In this document: piece after piece, positions 1 to 7,737 of the stretch
How positions within the stretch are numbered: position 1 is the first letter of the stretch
Layout of the letters: each line of letters begins with the position of its first letter
Source: a virus
Taxonomy: Duplodnaviria; Caudoviricetes
Length of the DNA stretch: 46,883 bases
IMG/VR virus record: IMGVR_UViG_3300043567_000569
Span: 1 to 46,883 of that record
Direction: 5' to 3' (one strand)
The notes under the pieces: model-generated
What the model saw: only the letters and a program-made list of their open reading frames with translations
What the model was told of the DNA's origin: nothing
The model's database searches: none
Program-made: the position numbers and the translations under genes

Positions 1-2
1 TC

Positions 3-125
3 CAGTTCTTTAGGTCGAATATCATCATACCTATAAGCAGTTGTATCCGAATAGATTTCTGCTTTTAAGGAGTCAACAAGAAGTTCCAGATTACGAACAA
101 TCAGTTTTAATCGGTCTTTGTCCAT
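3..125 (-). CDS. Conserved cyanophage hypothetical protein, 5' part only (MDKDRLKLIVRNLELLVDSLKAEIYSD...), runs off the window edge
   Basis: Hand-translated from ATG at 125; open to the window edge; sigma70 promoter directly upstream; resembles small T4-like cyanophage proteins. Confidence 0.75.
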   Translation of the reverse strand, partial: MDKDRLKLIVRNLELLVDSLKAEIYSDTTAYRYDDIRPKEL

Positions 126-146
126 AGGATAGTATTCTCTTCAAGC

Positions 147-175
147 ATTCTACATAAAAAAAGAGAGGGAGTCAA
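147..175 (-). promoter_or_regulatory. Sigma70-type promoter TTGACT-N17-TAGAAT overlapping a terminator hairpin
   Basis: Minus strand reads TTGACT ccctctctttttttatg TAGAAT, ~20 nt upstream of the ATG at 125. Confidence 0.7.
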
Positions 176-185
176 GTCCCTCTCT
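156..185 (-). terminator. Rho-independent terminator
   Basis: 9-bp stem AGAGAGGGA/TCCCTCTCT, 6-nt loop, followed by a T tract on the minus strand, just after the stop at 192. Confidence 0.85.
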
Positions 186-191
186 GATTTG

Positions 192-293
192 TTAAGCAAC
201 TTGTGGTTGCTTTGCCATATTCAGTTGTGCAATTTTGAGAAGATTTTCTCTCCTGACTTTTTGCTTTAAGTAGCGAACAAAATAAGTATTCAT
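192..293 (-). CDS. Small basic hypothetical protein, 33 aa (MNTYFVRYLKQKVRRENLLKIAQLNMAKQPQVA)
   Basis: Hand-translated; ATGA overlap with the upstream stop; ends just before the terminator. Confidence 0.65.
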   Translation of the reverse strand: MNTYFVRYLKQKVRRENLLKIAQLNMAKQPQVA

Positions 294-427
294 TTTACAT
301 TCCCCTTTACAAACTTAACTCCACGATATGTTTCGTTGTATTGTTGGGGTTGTTGTTGTGCCTGCTGTTGTGCTTGGCGACGAACTTCGGTGTCATATGC
401 GACACCCCTATACACGACTTGTGACAT
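290..427 (-). CDS. DUF4278-like small protein, 45 aa (putative glutamine synthetase inactivating factor-like)
   Basis: MSQVVYRGVAYDTEVRRQAQQQAQQQPQQYNETYRGVKFVKGNVK has two YRGV motifs; GGAGG SD upstream; lies downstream of a glutamine riboswitch. Confidence 0.8.
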   Translation of the reverse strand: MSQVVYRGVAYDTEVRRQAQQQAQQQPQQYNETYRGVKFVKGNVK

Positions 428-456
428 TAGAATTTCCTCCAGAATGAGATGATTAG

Positions 457-553
457 TCCCGTTCCTTCGGGCGGTTTGCGTTCGCTATTTGCGAATAGCG
501 AATGAACGTGCCGTTCCGCCGTCCTACTTGCGTCGGATTTCTCCGATGAACGT
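457..553 (-). ncRNA. Tandem glutamine riboswitch (glnA / Downstream-peptide class)
   Basis: Two units each bounded by CGTTCA...GGAACG: 512-552 (hairpin TCGGA-GAAA-TCCGA, then CGCAAGTAGG) and 460-508 (hairpin TTCGCTATT-CGCA-AATAGCGAA, then CGCAA...GAAGGAACG); 5' of the DUF4278-like gene. Confidence 0.8.
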
Positions 554-597
554 AAAGAGTATTATAAAATACTCTTAGTAAATTTATAAGACTTATT

Positions 598-615
598 TTG
601 TAACATGTGATACAA
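598..615. promoter_or_regulatory. NtcA binding site GTA-N8-TAC
   Basis: tt GTA ACATGTGA TAC aa (core 600-613), upstream of a minus-strand TATAAT (561-566) that precedes the riboswitch. Confidence 0.65.
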
Positions 616-674
616 TTTTAAAAAATCATCGCGTAAGAATTTTTACCGGAGATTTTTTTACCCGATCTGGGAAA

Positions 675-1037
675 TCACTTTCGCTTTTTCTTTTCGGGTG
701 ATTTATAACCCCAGAGTTTTGGATTGACTCTCCCATATCCAAATTCAACACTCTTTAGATTCTCACGAAACTTATCCCAATACATATCAAACAGTCGAAT
801 TTTTGCACCTCTGGTCAGATCAAAACAAATCTTACCATCCACCATATACTGCACAATATAAGCATCACTAGGTGCTTCTTTTGTGCAAACTTCCGCATAA
901 GAACCATTCTCAATCATAATGTCACAACCGTAGCGTGACTTACAGGTTTCTTTTTCTGCGGGAGTCCAGTTTTCCATAGTCGTTTCTGTATTTTTCGTTG
1001 CCACATCACGAAGTTTGCTCAAGAACGACCTCCCCAC
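675..1037 (-). CDS. Conserved cyanophage hypothetical protein (true start may be GTG 1004 or ATG 977)
   Basis: ORF in the operon strand; C-terminal FDMYWDKF...YGRVNPKLWG; first codons overlap the upstream gene. Confidence 0.75.
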   Translation of the reverse strand: MGRSFLSKLRDVATKNTETTMENWTPAEKETCKSRYGCDIMIENGSYAEVCTKEAPSDAYIVQYMVDGKICFDLTRGAKIRLFDMYWDKFRENLKSVEFGYGRVNPKLWGYKSPEKKKRK

Positions 1038-1624
1038 TGAATATCAGGATATGCCTGCGAAACAATATCTCTACTGATCTTATACTTTGTGTCCAGTTTC
1101 TTATCTTTGCAAAGGCAAACAATTTCTGCTTCAAGAGGATGAAGACCTTGAAGAGTATTAATAAACATCGTCTCTCTACGCATTGAACTCAATCCATCAT
1201 TACCACCCTTGACAAAATTATAAAACTTATCATATTCTTTGCGAATTGAAGACCTTCCCTGATCTTGAGAACCTAGTGAGTTGGTTCCAAGTTCTCCCAT
1301 CTTTTCAACTGCATCATTAATTTTTTCACTCAAGGTTCCTTTGAATGAATCCATCTCATCCACAGCAGCATAAGGAACATCGCCGGGAGGAAGTGCTGAA
1401 ACAATTGATTCATCAAAGTTCCAAATGAAGATTGCCTTTAGACAGGGATGCTCAAACTTCTTGAGTGCTTCAATCTTTTTAGCATTGCTTCGTTGTTTAA
1501 CTACAATGTTCAGAATCTCAAAGACAAAAGGATTTGCAGGAAGATCCTGAATCGGTGTTTCTACTGGTTTTGCTTTTGGTGTTGCTTTTTTAACAGCAGT
1601 TTTTGCTTTTGTTGTCGTTGTCAT
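1019..1624 (-). CDS. Conserved T4-like phage hypothetical protein (DUF6433-like)
   Basis: Motifs IFIWNFDES..SALPPGDVPY and RRETMFIN.LQGLHP.EAE; late promoter at 1657-1663. Confidence 0.8.
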   Translation of the reverse strand: MTTTTKAKTAVKKATPKAKPVETPIQDLPANPFVFEILNIVVKQRSNAKKIEALKKFEHPCLKAIFIWNFDESIVSALPPGDVPYAAVDEMDSFKGTLSEKINDAVEKMGELGTNSLGSQDQGRSSIRKEYDKFYNFVKGGNDGLSSMRRETMFINTLQGLHPLEAEIVCLCKDKKLDTKYKISRDIVSQAYPDIQWGGRS

Positions 1625-1666
1625 ATAAGTAACAGAATGTTGAATACTATTAGGGTTATTTATGAA

Positions 1667-1909
1667 TTAATCTTCATCCTCTTCCATTTCAAAGTCATCT
1701 TCGAAATATCCTGGTTCAAATCTTACTGATACAATTTCTTGGTCAATTAACTCACCATCCTTATCATAAAACTCTGGATGATAGGCAATTTGTTTTGGTC
1801 CTTCTTGATGATTCATCATATATTCTCGCGCTACCCAACCAAGCACGACTCCCACAATCAGAAACAATACTGTTAGAAATGAACCTAAAACTAAACTGAT
1901 TGCTAACAT
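1667..1909 (-). CDS. Small membrane protein, 80 aa (N-terminal TM helix, acidic tail)
   Basis: Start reassigned to MLAISLVLGSFLTVLFLIVGVVLGW (ATG 1909), which avoids overlap with the upstream gene and has GGAG upstream. Confidence 0.75.
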   Translation of the reverse strand: MLAISLVLGSFLTVLFLIVGVVLGWVAREYMMNHQEGPKQIAYHPEFYDKDGELIDQEIVSVRFEPGYFEDDFEMEEDED

Positions 1910-1926
1910 TTGTGTTCTCCGGGAAA

Positions 1927-2145
1927 TTACTTTTTCTTCCTTATCTTGAAGGAAAACTCCAAGTAGATAGTGACTTCCCGATTCAGAAAGCAAACTATCT
2001 TCTCAAAGATAAGATGGAATGGTTGAGTCTGCTTTCTTTTGCCTCCGTTGAGTATCAGTTCAACACCACGATTGAAATGATCTTCACTTTTATTTAGGTC
2101 AGGATTTAATGATTTGTCTTTTCTTGAGGAATTGTATCGTGTCAA
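1927..2145 (-). CDS. Hypothetical protein
   Basis: ORF filling the gap between glutaredoxin and the membrane protein gene; start uncertain. Confidence 0.6.
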   Translation of the reverse strand: MTRYNSSRKDKSLNPDLNKSEDHFNRGVELILNGGKRKQTQPFHLIFEKIVCFLNREVTIYLEFSFKIRKKK

Positions 2146-2341
2146 TGCACCCTCCTAATTTTTGATCATCACAGACAACTTGTGGGAAAGTTGATTCTTC
2201 ACCAAACTCGGCATAAAACTCTTCTTTTGTGAAGTGTTCTCCTAGATTATACACCACAAAGTTACTTCCAGTCAACTCAAGAACTTGTTTGATCTTGTAG
2301 CAAAAGGGGCAATCGTCTTTAGAATATACGGCAAAGTTCAT
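2099..2341 (-). CDS. nrdC: Glutaredoxin
   Basis: 80 aa, CPFC active site, TFPQV and LGGC motifs. Confidence 0.93.
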   Translation of the reverse strand: MNFAVYSKDDCPFCYKIKQVLELTGSNFVVYNLGEHFTKEEFYAEFGEESTFPQVVCDDQKLGGCIDTIQFLKKRQIIKS

Positions 2342-2371
2342 ATTTTTAAGATTTATTAATAATTTATATAA

Positions 2372-2400
2372 GAAAAAAGGAGGGTTTTATGCCCTCCTTT
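2372..2400 (-). terminator. Rho-independent terminator
   Basis: Stem AAAGGAGGG/CCCTCCTTT with 7-nt loop and T tract on the minus strand. Confidence 0.85.
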
Positions 2401-2476
2401 ATGATACCACCAACCCACCTCTTCACACCACCGAAGAGGATCTTTCATTCTCAAAGATACAAAGAACTGAAAGACA
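2372..2476 (-). ncRNA. Candidate ~100-nt small RNA, family unknown
   Basis: Lies between a perfect sigma70 promoter and a terminator; hairpins TCTTTCA/TGAAAGA and CCTCTTC/GAAGAGG. Confidence 0.6.
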
Positions 2477-2481
2477 AGAGT

Positions 2482-2510
2482 ATTATAAGGGAAATCTGGG
2501 GAGTTGTCAA
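2482..2510 (-). promoter_or_regulatory. Consensus sigma70 (early) promoter TTGACA-N17-TATAAT
   Basis: TTGACA 2510-2505, 17-nt spacer, TATAAT 2487-2482. Confidence 0.9.
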
Positions 2511-2515
2511 GGGGT

Positions 2516-4372
2516 TTAGAGACCTGCAGCATCAAGTCTTGCCTTTAAGGTTTCTATCTCTGTAAGTGCTTCTTGAAGTGCTGCTGTAAGAAGAGGAACT
2601 ACTTTAGAATAATCAACGGTTTGATATTTTGGAACTGTTTTAAAAATTGGTGTTCTTTCATCACCTTCACCATTATAAATAAAGTTTCCGTCTTCATCTT
2701 TTTTTGGTAGAGTCTCAACTTCATCCTTATCACCATCAACAGCAATTGGAACAATAGGTTGAAGTTCGTGTGCTAAAAATCCATCTTGAGTAATTTCTGG
2801 CGATGCAATAAAGTTAAATCTATGAACAGGTATTTGTTTAACTTTGTCAATTGCTCCAGTGAGAGGAACAACATTTTCTTTTAATCTATAATCAGAACTT
2901 GTTGGAAAGGCAGTATTTGTATTGGTGCAAGTAATTCCACCAATTGTACTTCCTGCACCATTTTCAACTTGCATAACCCAGAAGGTGTTGCTTGTATTAT
3001 GTCTCTTATATACATATCCAGCATTGCCGGTCATTGTCTGATTATCCATTTGGCGAACATAAACTCCAACTTGTCTCCCCCCAAATGGATGTCCCCCAAG
3101 ATCTACATGTAATCCATAACCAACACCACTCGTCACTCCATTTAAAACTCTAGCATAAAATGCTGAACCAGAATAATAATATGATTGAAAATCGGCACGT
3201 ATCGATGCTGTTCCTTGATTACCACTAGCACCGCCACTATTTCCCCAAATAGCACATCCATTTGGAGTCCAATAAGAAGTTCCACTACCACCAGTTGGAA
3301 AACTATTATCTCCCGAACCATTATTGGAAGCATACACATATGATCCTATAACAGCACGATTGGTTACGGCAGGAGCATATCCGTGTGAAGTTTGAATTAT
3401 TTGATTATATGTTAAAGTTTTACTATTCCAAGAACCGTTACCAATAGTAGAATCAAAGGTTTCTGTACTACTAGATCCTCCAGAAGAACGATATGAAGAA
3501 AGACAAGGTTTATAATCATCAAAATTAGTTCCATAATTTGTTAGATTTGTGTATTCATACGTAGATCCACCAATACGCCATTTTTCACTTCCACCGTTCG
3601 AAAAACCAATAGTATCAGCAGCAGGAAAAAATATACCTGTATTATTGTCCCCTGTTGGACTGATAGATGGAGCGCCAGCACTACCAGCAGCAACTACAAC
3701 ACCACCAGAAAATGTAGAAACTCCACTTGCATTTACATTACCCGTCAGATTACCTATTACATTACCTTGAACACCACCAGTCGCAGTGGTAATTCCAGAT
3801 ACTACAAGACTATCAGTTCTTACATTAGTAGTCGCAGCAATACCAGTTAAGTTAGCACCAGACCCACTAAAACTTGTAGCACTCAATGCTCCAGTAGATG
3901 CATTAAAAGATAAACTAGAACTTGTTGCCGAAGCAGTCATCGTTCCTGAAGTCTGCCCAGTCAGAACAACTCTCTGTGAACCAGAAGCAGCACTTAATGT
4001 TGAACCAGTATTAGTTAAGTTTGTTCCGTCTCCATAAAAACTTGTCGCAGTAATCACTCCAGAAGCATTCAGTGAGTTTACTATAAGACCTTCAGAATGT
4101 AAAGTATTTCTGCCGACTTGAACACCATTACTGTGATGAATCGTAACACCAGTTCCTACATTGACTTGATTGTTACTTCCATCAAGTGTAATTGAACTGG
4201 TTCCGATCGTAAGAATGCCAGTGACTCTTGCATCACCACTAACAATTAATTCTGTTGTGGCACCACCAACAACTGTGTTTCCGAATGTCGAAACTCCAGT
4301 AACGTTCAGGTTATCAAATAAGAAAGTTCCTGTGCTTCCAATACCAGCGGCAGCAATCTTGGTAAATGCCAT
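2516..4372 (-). CDS. Tail fibre protein with C-terminal peptidase S74 intramolecular chaperone
   Basis: G/S/T-rich fibre motifs; SSDYRLKENV...GFLAHELQ...VDYSKVVPLLTAALQE plus terminal coiled coil. Confidence 0.9.
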   Translation of the reverse strand: MAFTKIAAAGIGSTGTFLFDNLNVTGVSTFGNTVVGGATTELIVSGDARVTGILTIGTSSITLDGSNNQVNVGTGVTIHHSNGVQVGRNTLHSEGLIVNSLNASGVITATSFYGDGTNLTNTGSTLSAASGSQRVVLTGQTSGTMTASATSSSLSFNASTGALSATSFSGSGANLTGIAATTNVRTDSLVVSGITTATGGVQGNVIGNLTGNVNASGVSTFSGGVVVAAGSAGAPSISPTGDNNTGIFFPAADTIGFSNGGSEKWRIGGSTYEYTNLTNYGTNFDDYKPCLSSYRSSGGSSSTETFDSTIGNGSWNSKTLTYNQIIQTSHGYAPAVTNRAVIGSYVYASNNGSGDNSFPTGGSGTSYWTPNGCAIWGNSGGASGNQGTASIRADFQSYYYSGSAFYARVLNGVTSGVGYGLHVDLGGHPFGGRQVGVYVRQMDNQTMTGNAGYVYKRHNTSNTFWVMQVENGAGSTIGGITCTNTNTAFPTSSDYRLKENVVPLTGAIDKVKQIPVHRFNFIASPEITQDGFLAHELQPIVPIAVDGDKDEVETLPKKDEDGNFIYNGEGDERTPIFKTVPKYQTVDYSKVVPLLTAALQEALTEIETLKARLDAAGL

Positions 4373-4406
4373 TATTAACCGACTACTTTTCCTTTATTTA
4401 TTCTAC

Positions 4407-4495
4407 TTGACAACCTCATAAAAATCAACTAGACTAGGTTTGTCTCCATTGAAGATAAGTTGTATCTTGATTTATCTTTAAGACTCTGATATAAT
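4407..4495 (+). promoter_or_regulatory. Two tandem sigma70 promoters for the oxygenase genes
   Basis: TTGACA(4407-4412)-N17-TAGACT(4430-4435) and TTGATT(4467-4472)-N17-TATAAT(4490-4495) with extended -10 TG. Confidence 0.75.
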
Positions 4496-4514
4496 AATCA
4501 AAAATATTTTTAAC

Positions 4515-5156
4515 ATGTCTCAAGACGAACTTCTATCATTATTTCCAACACCAGTCTTGATTGCACAATACCCTCTAACTTATGAAAAAGAGTTGGAGTT
4601 TATTCGCAATCTTCCTTGCCGTAGAGAAAACAAAGGTGGTGATGCAGGAAACGTAATACATTATAACAGACAATCAGAAGATACATTTGTATTAGACAAA
4701 CCAGAACTCAGTAATATTAAGGCATTTATTGAATCCAAAATTCATAAGTTCGTGACTGAAATTATGAGTTCTGATAATCAACTGGTAATTACACAGTCTT
4801 GGATTAATAAGTCTGGTAAAGGTGAGTCTCATCATGAACACGTTCATCCAAATAGTTTGGTCAGTGGTGTTTGGTATCCTGTGATTAGTGAACAACTCCC
4901 ACCAATCCAGTTTCGTAGTAAAGCACAAAGAGATGTATCTTTGAGTGTTCAGAAATACAATAACTTTAATAGTGCTACATTTCTTCTACCTATGAAAGCA
5001 GGAGAATTGATTATCTTTCCAAGTAATTTGACTCATAGTGTGCCTGCAAACCAGTCAGAAACTGAAAGAATTAGTTTGTCCTTTAATACTTGGGCAAAGG
5101 GTAGTCTTGGCGACGTAAATTCTTTGACCTATTTACCACTAGACCGTTGCATTTAA
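4515..5156 (+). CDS. 2OG-Fe(II) oxygenase (TIGR02466-like)
   Basis: SWIN...HHEHVHPNSLVSGVWY, GELIIFPSNLTHSV, ERISLSFN motifs. Confidence 0.9.
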   Translation: MSQDELLSLFPTPVLIAQYPLTYEKELEFIRNLPCRRENKGGDAGNVIHYNRQSEDTFVLDKPELSNIKAFIESKIHKFVTEIMSSDNQLVITQSWINKSGKGESHHEHVHPNSLVSGVWYPVISEQLPPIQFRSKAQRDVSLSVQKYNNFNSATFLLPMKAGELIIFPSNLTHSVPANQSETERISLSFNTWAKGSLGDVNSLTYLPLDRCI

Positions 5157-5170
5157 TAGGAGATTTATAG

Positions 5171-5761
5171 ATGACTTTAAACAATCCAGATTCAACTCTT
5201 AAAGATTTAATTTTGGTGGAACAATTGATTCCACAGAATCTCTGTGATTATATCATTGATGATATTGAAAAGAGAGAGTGGGGCAAACACACTTGGTATA
5301 ACTCTATTCAAGGAACTTTTGGTTCTGAAGAAACTAAAGAACTTGAGGTTCAGAATACTACCGATGAACTTCAAAACTTGTTGACGCCATTCATTATCCA
5401 AATGGGTGGAATTTATAATCAAAAAGTTCTATTTGAAGGTGGTGGAGATAGAACTAGTCAGATTATGAACAAGTTTAGTAAGGTTCGTTTTAATCGTTAT
5501 GAACCTGGTATGATTATGCGCTGCCACATGGACCATATCCGGAGTTTATTTTCTCCACCAGAGCAAGGCATACCAGTTTTAAGTATGATTATCTGCTTGA
5601 ATGATAATTATGAAGGTGGAGAACTGGTCTTTTGGGACGATTATAAAGTGAAACCAGCTGCTGGTTCAATCATAGCGTGGCCTAGTCTGTTTCTTTATCC
5701 TCACCGCGTTGATGAAGTAACTGTCGGGAGGCGCTGGTCAGCAGTCGTCTGGTGTTGGTAA
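5171..5761 (+). CDS. 2OG-Fe(II) oxygenase (prolyl 4-hydroxylase-like)
   Basis: HMD...LNDNYEGGEL...PSLFLYPHRV..V..GRRWS (HxD...H...R). Confidence 0.9.
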   Translation: MTLNNPDSTLKDLILVEQLIPQNLCDYIIDDIEKREWGKHTWYNSIQGTFGSEETKELEVQNTTDELQNLLTPFIIQMGGIYNQKVLFEGGGDRTSQIMNKFSKVRFNRYEPGMIMRCHMDHIRSLFSPPEQGIPVLSMIICLNDNYEGGELVFWDDYKVKPAAGSIIAWPSLFLYPHRVDEVTVGRRWSAVVWCW

Positions 5762-5772
5762 TATAAAACAAC

Positions 5773-5792
5773 GGAGAGGATTTCTCCTCTCC
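5773..5792. terminator. Hairpin between convergent genes, probable terminator
   Basis: GGAGAGGA-TTTC-TCCTCTCC; T-rich tail on the minus strand. Confidence 0.65.
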
Positions 5793-5822
5793 TGCCCGTA
5801 GAGATTGCAGTAATTCTATTTG

Positions 5823-6830
5823 TTAGAGACCTCCGTGACCGTTGGATAGACCACCAATTCCATTATCTCTCGCAACTGTTAAGTCTCCAAAGTCTATTGC
5901 ATTTCCTGTTGTTAATATAGTCACATATGCAGTAACATTTGAGATACTAGGCACAGCACCTCCTGCCCAAACTCCACGAGTTGATGAGGATGCTGCTGCT
6001 GCTTGAGTTGCTGCTTGTGTTAAATCTCCAAAATCTAGTGCATTTCCAAGAGATGCTATTGAAATGTAATCAATTGTATTTACTAGTCCTGGAGTTGAAC
6101 CTCCACCAAATAAACCTCTTGTTGCATTTGAGCAAGCATTTGTAGCACTTCTTGCTTGTGTTAAATCGCCAAAGTCTGATGTATTTCCCAATGATGCAAT
6201 TGTAATAAATTGAATTACATTCGTATTTGTTCCTGCAGGAGAAAAATATTCTCCTCCCCACACACCTCTTGTTGTTGATGAGCAAGAACCAAGACTTCTA
6301 ACGGACGAAATTAAATCTCCAAAATCTCTTGAATCTCCAGTTGATGCTATTGTTATATATTCTATAATATTGACTGTTGAAGGACCCGAAACACCACCAC
6401 CAAATAAACCTCTTGTGCTATTAGATAGTCCACCAGCATCTCTTCTACTTGATGTTCCATCACCAAAATCTAACGCATTTCCTGTCGATGAGATTGTAAC
6501 ATAGTCAATGATATTAACATCACCAGATGTAAATCCACCAAACCACACGCCTCTTATTGCAGATGCTAAAGAACCTCTACCACCTCTTCTAGCAACAGTA
6601 AGATCTCCAAAGTCAATTGCATTACCAGTTGTTGAAATAGTTACATAATCAATTACATTTTGATTTCCGCTACCAGGAGAAGGAACATATCCACCACCAA
6701 AAACACCACGAGCACCACCAGTCGCAGAGTCTGGTGTGAAACTATCAATCTGCCACCACGCTTCCCCGTTGTAGTATTCTAGTTTTCCAGAATCTGAATT
6801 AAATCGTAGTGCTCCTGATGGTACTGGCAT
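5823..6830 (-). CDS. Kelch-like six-repeat beta-propeller protein, B-half adaptor only (paralog 14 of 14 in transcription order)
   Basis: Six RG[LV][FW]xGG...IDY[IV]TI...GNAxDFGDL repeats; starts at GALRFNSD; ends SNGHGGL. Confidence 0.85.
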   Translation of the reverse strand: MPVPSGALRFNSDSGKLEYYNGEAWWQIDSFTPDSATGGARGVFGGGYVPSPGSGNQNVIDYVTISTTGNAIDFGDLTVARRGGRGSLASAIRGVWFGGFTSGDVNIIDYVTISSTGNALDFGDGTSSRRDAGGLSNSTRGLFGGGVSGPSTVNIIEYITIASTGDSRDFGDLISSVRSLGSCSSTTRGVWGGEYFSPAGTNTNVIQFITIASLGNTSDFGDLTQARSATNACSNATRGLFGGGSTPGLVNTIDYISIASLGNALDFGDLTQAATQAAAASSSTRGVWAGGAVPSISNVTAYVTILTTGNAIDFGDLTVARDNGIGGLSNGHGGL

Positions 6831-6833
6831 AAC

Positions 6834-7718
6834 TTATAATGCAATCTGTGTAGGAGGTGTGAAGTTTGATGTGTACTTTGCTACACCTTTGTAGATACGA
6901 AGGTCTTGTAAGTAACCGGAAAAACCAGCTGGTTGTTCTATATCATTACCAATAGATATGATTGATGTTGGTTGATAATTCAAAAGATCAGTATTAGATC
7001 CATCCAATACGCCATTAACATATAAAGAACGTGTAAGATTTTTTCTTACAACAGCAATGTGATACCAAGTATTTGTGGAGTATGTTGACACACTAGCATT
7101 ATCATAGGTATAAGATTGCCCATCAACACCGGTCCCATTTGCATACCAATTAAATTTACTAGTATTTCTTAAACCAAAAGACCATCCTGTCAACCAACTA
7201 GAATTAGTTGAACATTTTACGACAACAGGATAATCTCCATCACCACTATCAAAGAATGATCTTAGATAGATCCAACACTCTACTGTAAAGTCTTGCCCAC
7301 CAAACTGATAGTCTGATGTATTAATATTTTGAAGTGCTTGAGTGGCTGAAATAGTAGTATTAAAACCAACAGAAGTTCCATAATACTTGGAGAATGTTAC
7401 AATACCTACTGATGTTGTTGTAACTCCACTCACACCAAATGGAAGACTTGCTGTTGTCGTTGCAAAACCTACAGAACCTCTTCCAGAAAATGTTCCTTGA
7501 TTTCTTGAAGAAACATCATCAAAAACACTCTCACTATTAAACGGTAGTGCAAGAACCAAGTTGTTAATATATGGATCTGGTGCTAATGCAACTTTCTGTC
7601 CTGTATTTCCAGTCGGAACAACAAAATGAGACGTTGTGGACACAGTAGCGATACCTGCAATCACTGGTCCTGTTGTCCCATCTCGACTTGTAATATTATT
7701 GACCTTAATAACAGACAT
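6834..7718 (-). CDS. LamG/concanavalin A-like lectin domain virion protein with A-half adaptor
   Basis: DFTVECWIY, WYHIAVVR...LYVNG, GYLQDLRIYKGVAKYTSNFTPP motifs; N-terminus like the propeller paralogs. Confidence 0.88.
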   Translation of the reverse strand: MSVIKVNNITSRDGTTGPVIAGIATVSTTSHFVVPTGNTGQKVALAPDPYINNLVLALPFNSESVFDDVSSRNQGTFSGRGSVGFATTTASLPFGVSGVTTTSVGIVTFSKYYGTSVGFNTTISATQALQNINTSDYQFGGQDFTVECWIYLRSFFDSGDGDYPVVVKCSTNSSWLTGWSFGLRNTSKFNWYANGTGVDGQSYTYDNASVSTYSTNTWYHIAVVRKNLTRSLYVNGVLDGSNTDLLNYQPTSIISIGNDIEQPAGFSGYLQDLRIYKGVAKYTSNFTPPTQIAL

Positions 7719-7737
7719 CTTTATACTTTTTAGTTAT

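Noticed and set aside
1910-1993. N-terminal extension of ORF 1667-1993
   Set aside because: Overlaps the upstream gene; ATG 1909 gives a clean TM-first protein
2356-2448. 30-aa ORF MKDPLRWCEEVGWW... inside the candidate sRNA
   Set aside because: Runs through the terminator and has no convincing SD; RNA structure is the simpler explanation
5823-5846. HGGL terminus as a ubiquitin-like GG conjugation signal
   Set aside because: SNGHGGL aligns with the SSSTRGL position of the repeat, so it is better explained as the closing strand; no E1/E2/JAB genes are present
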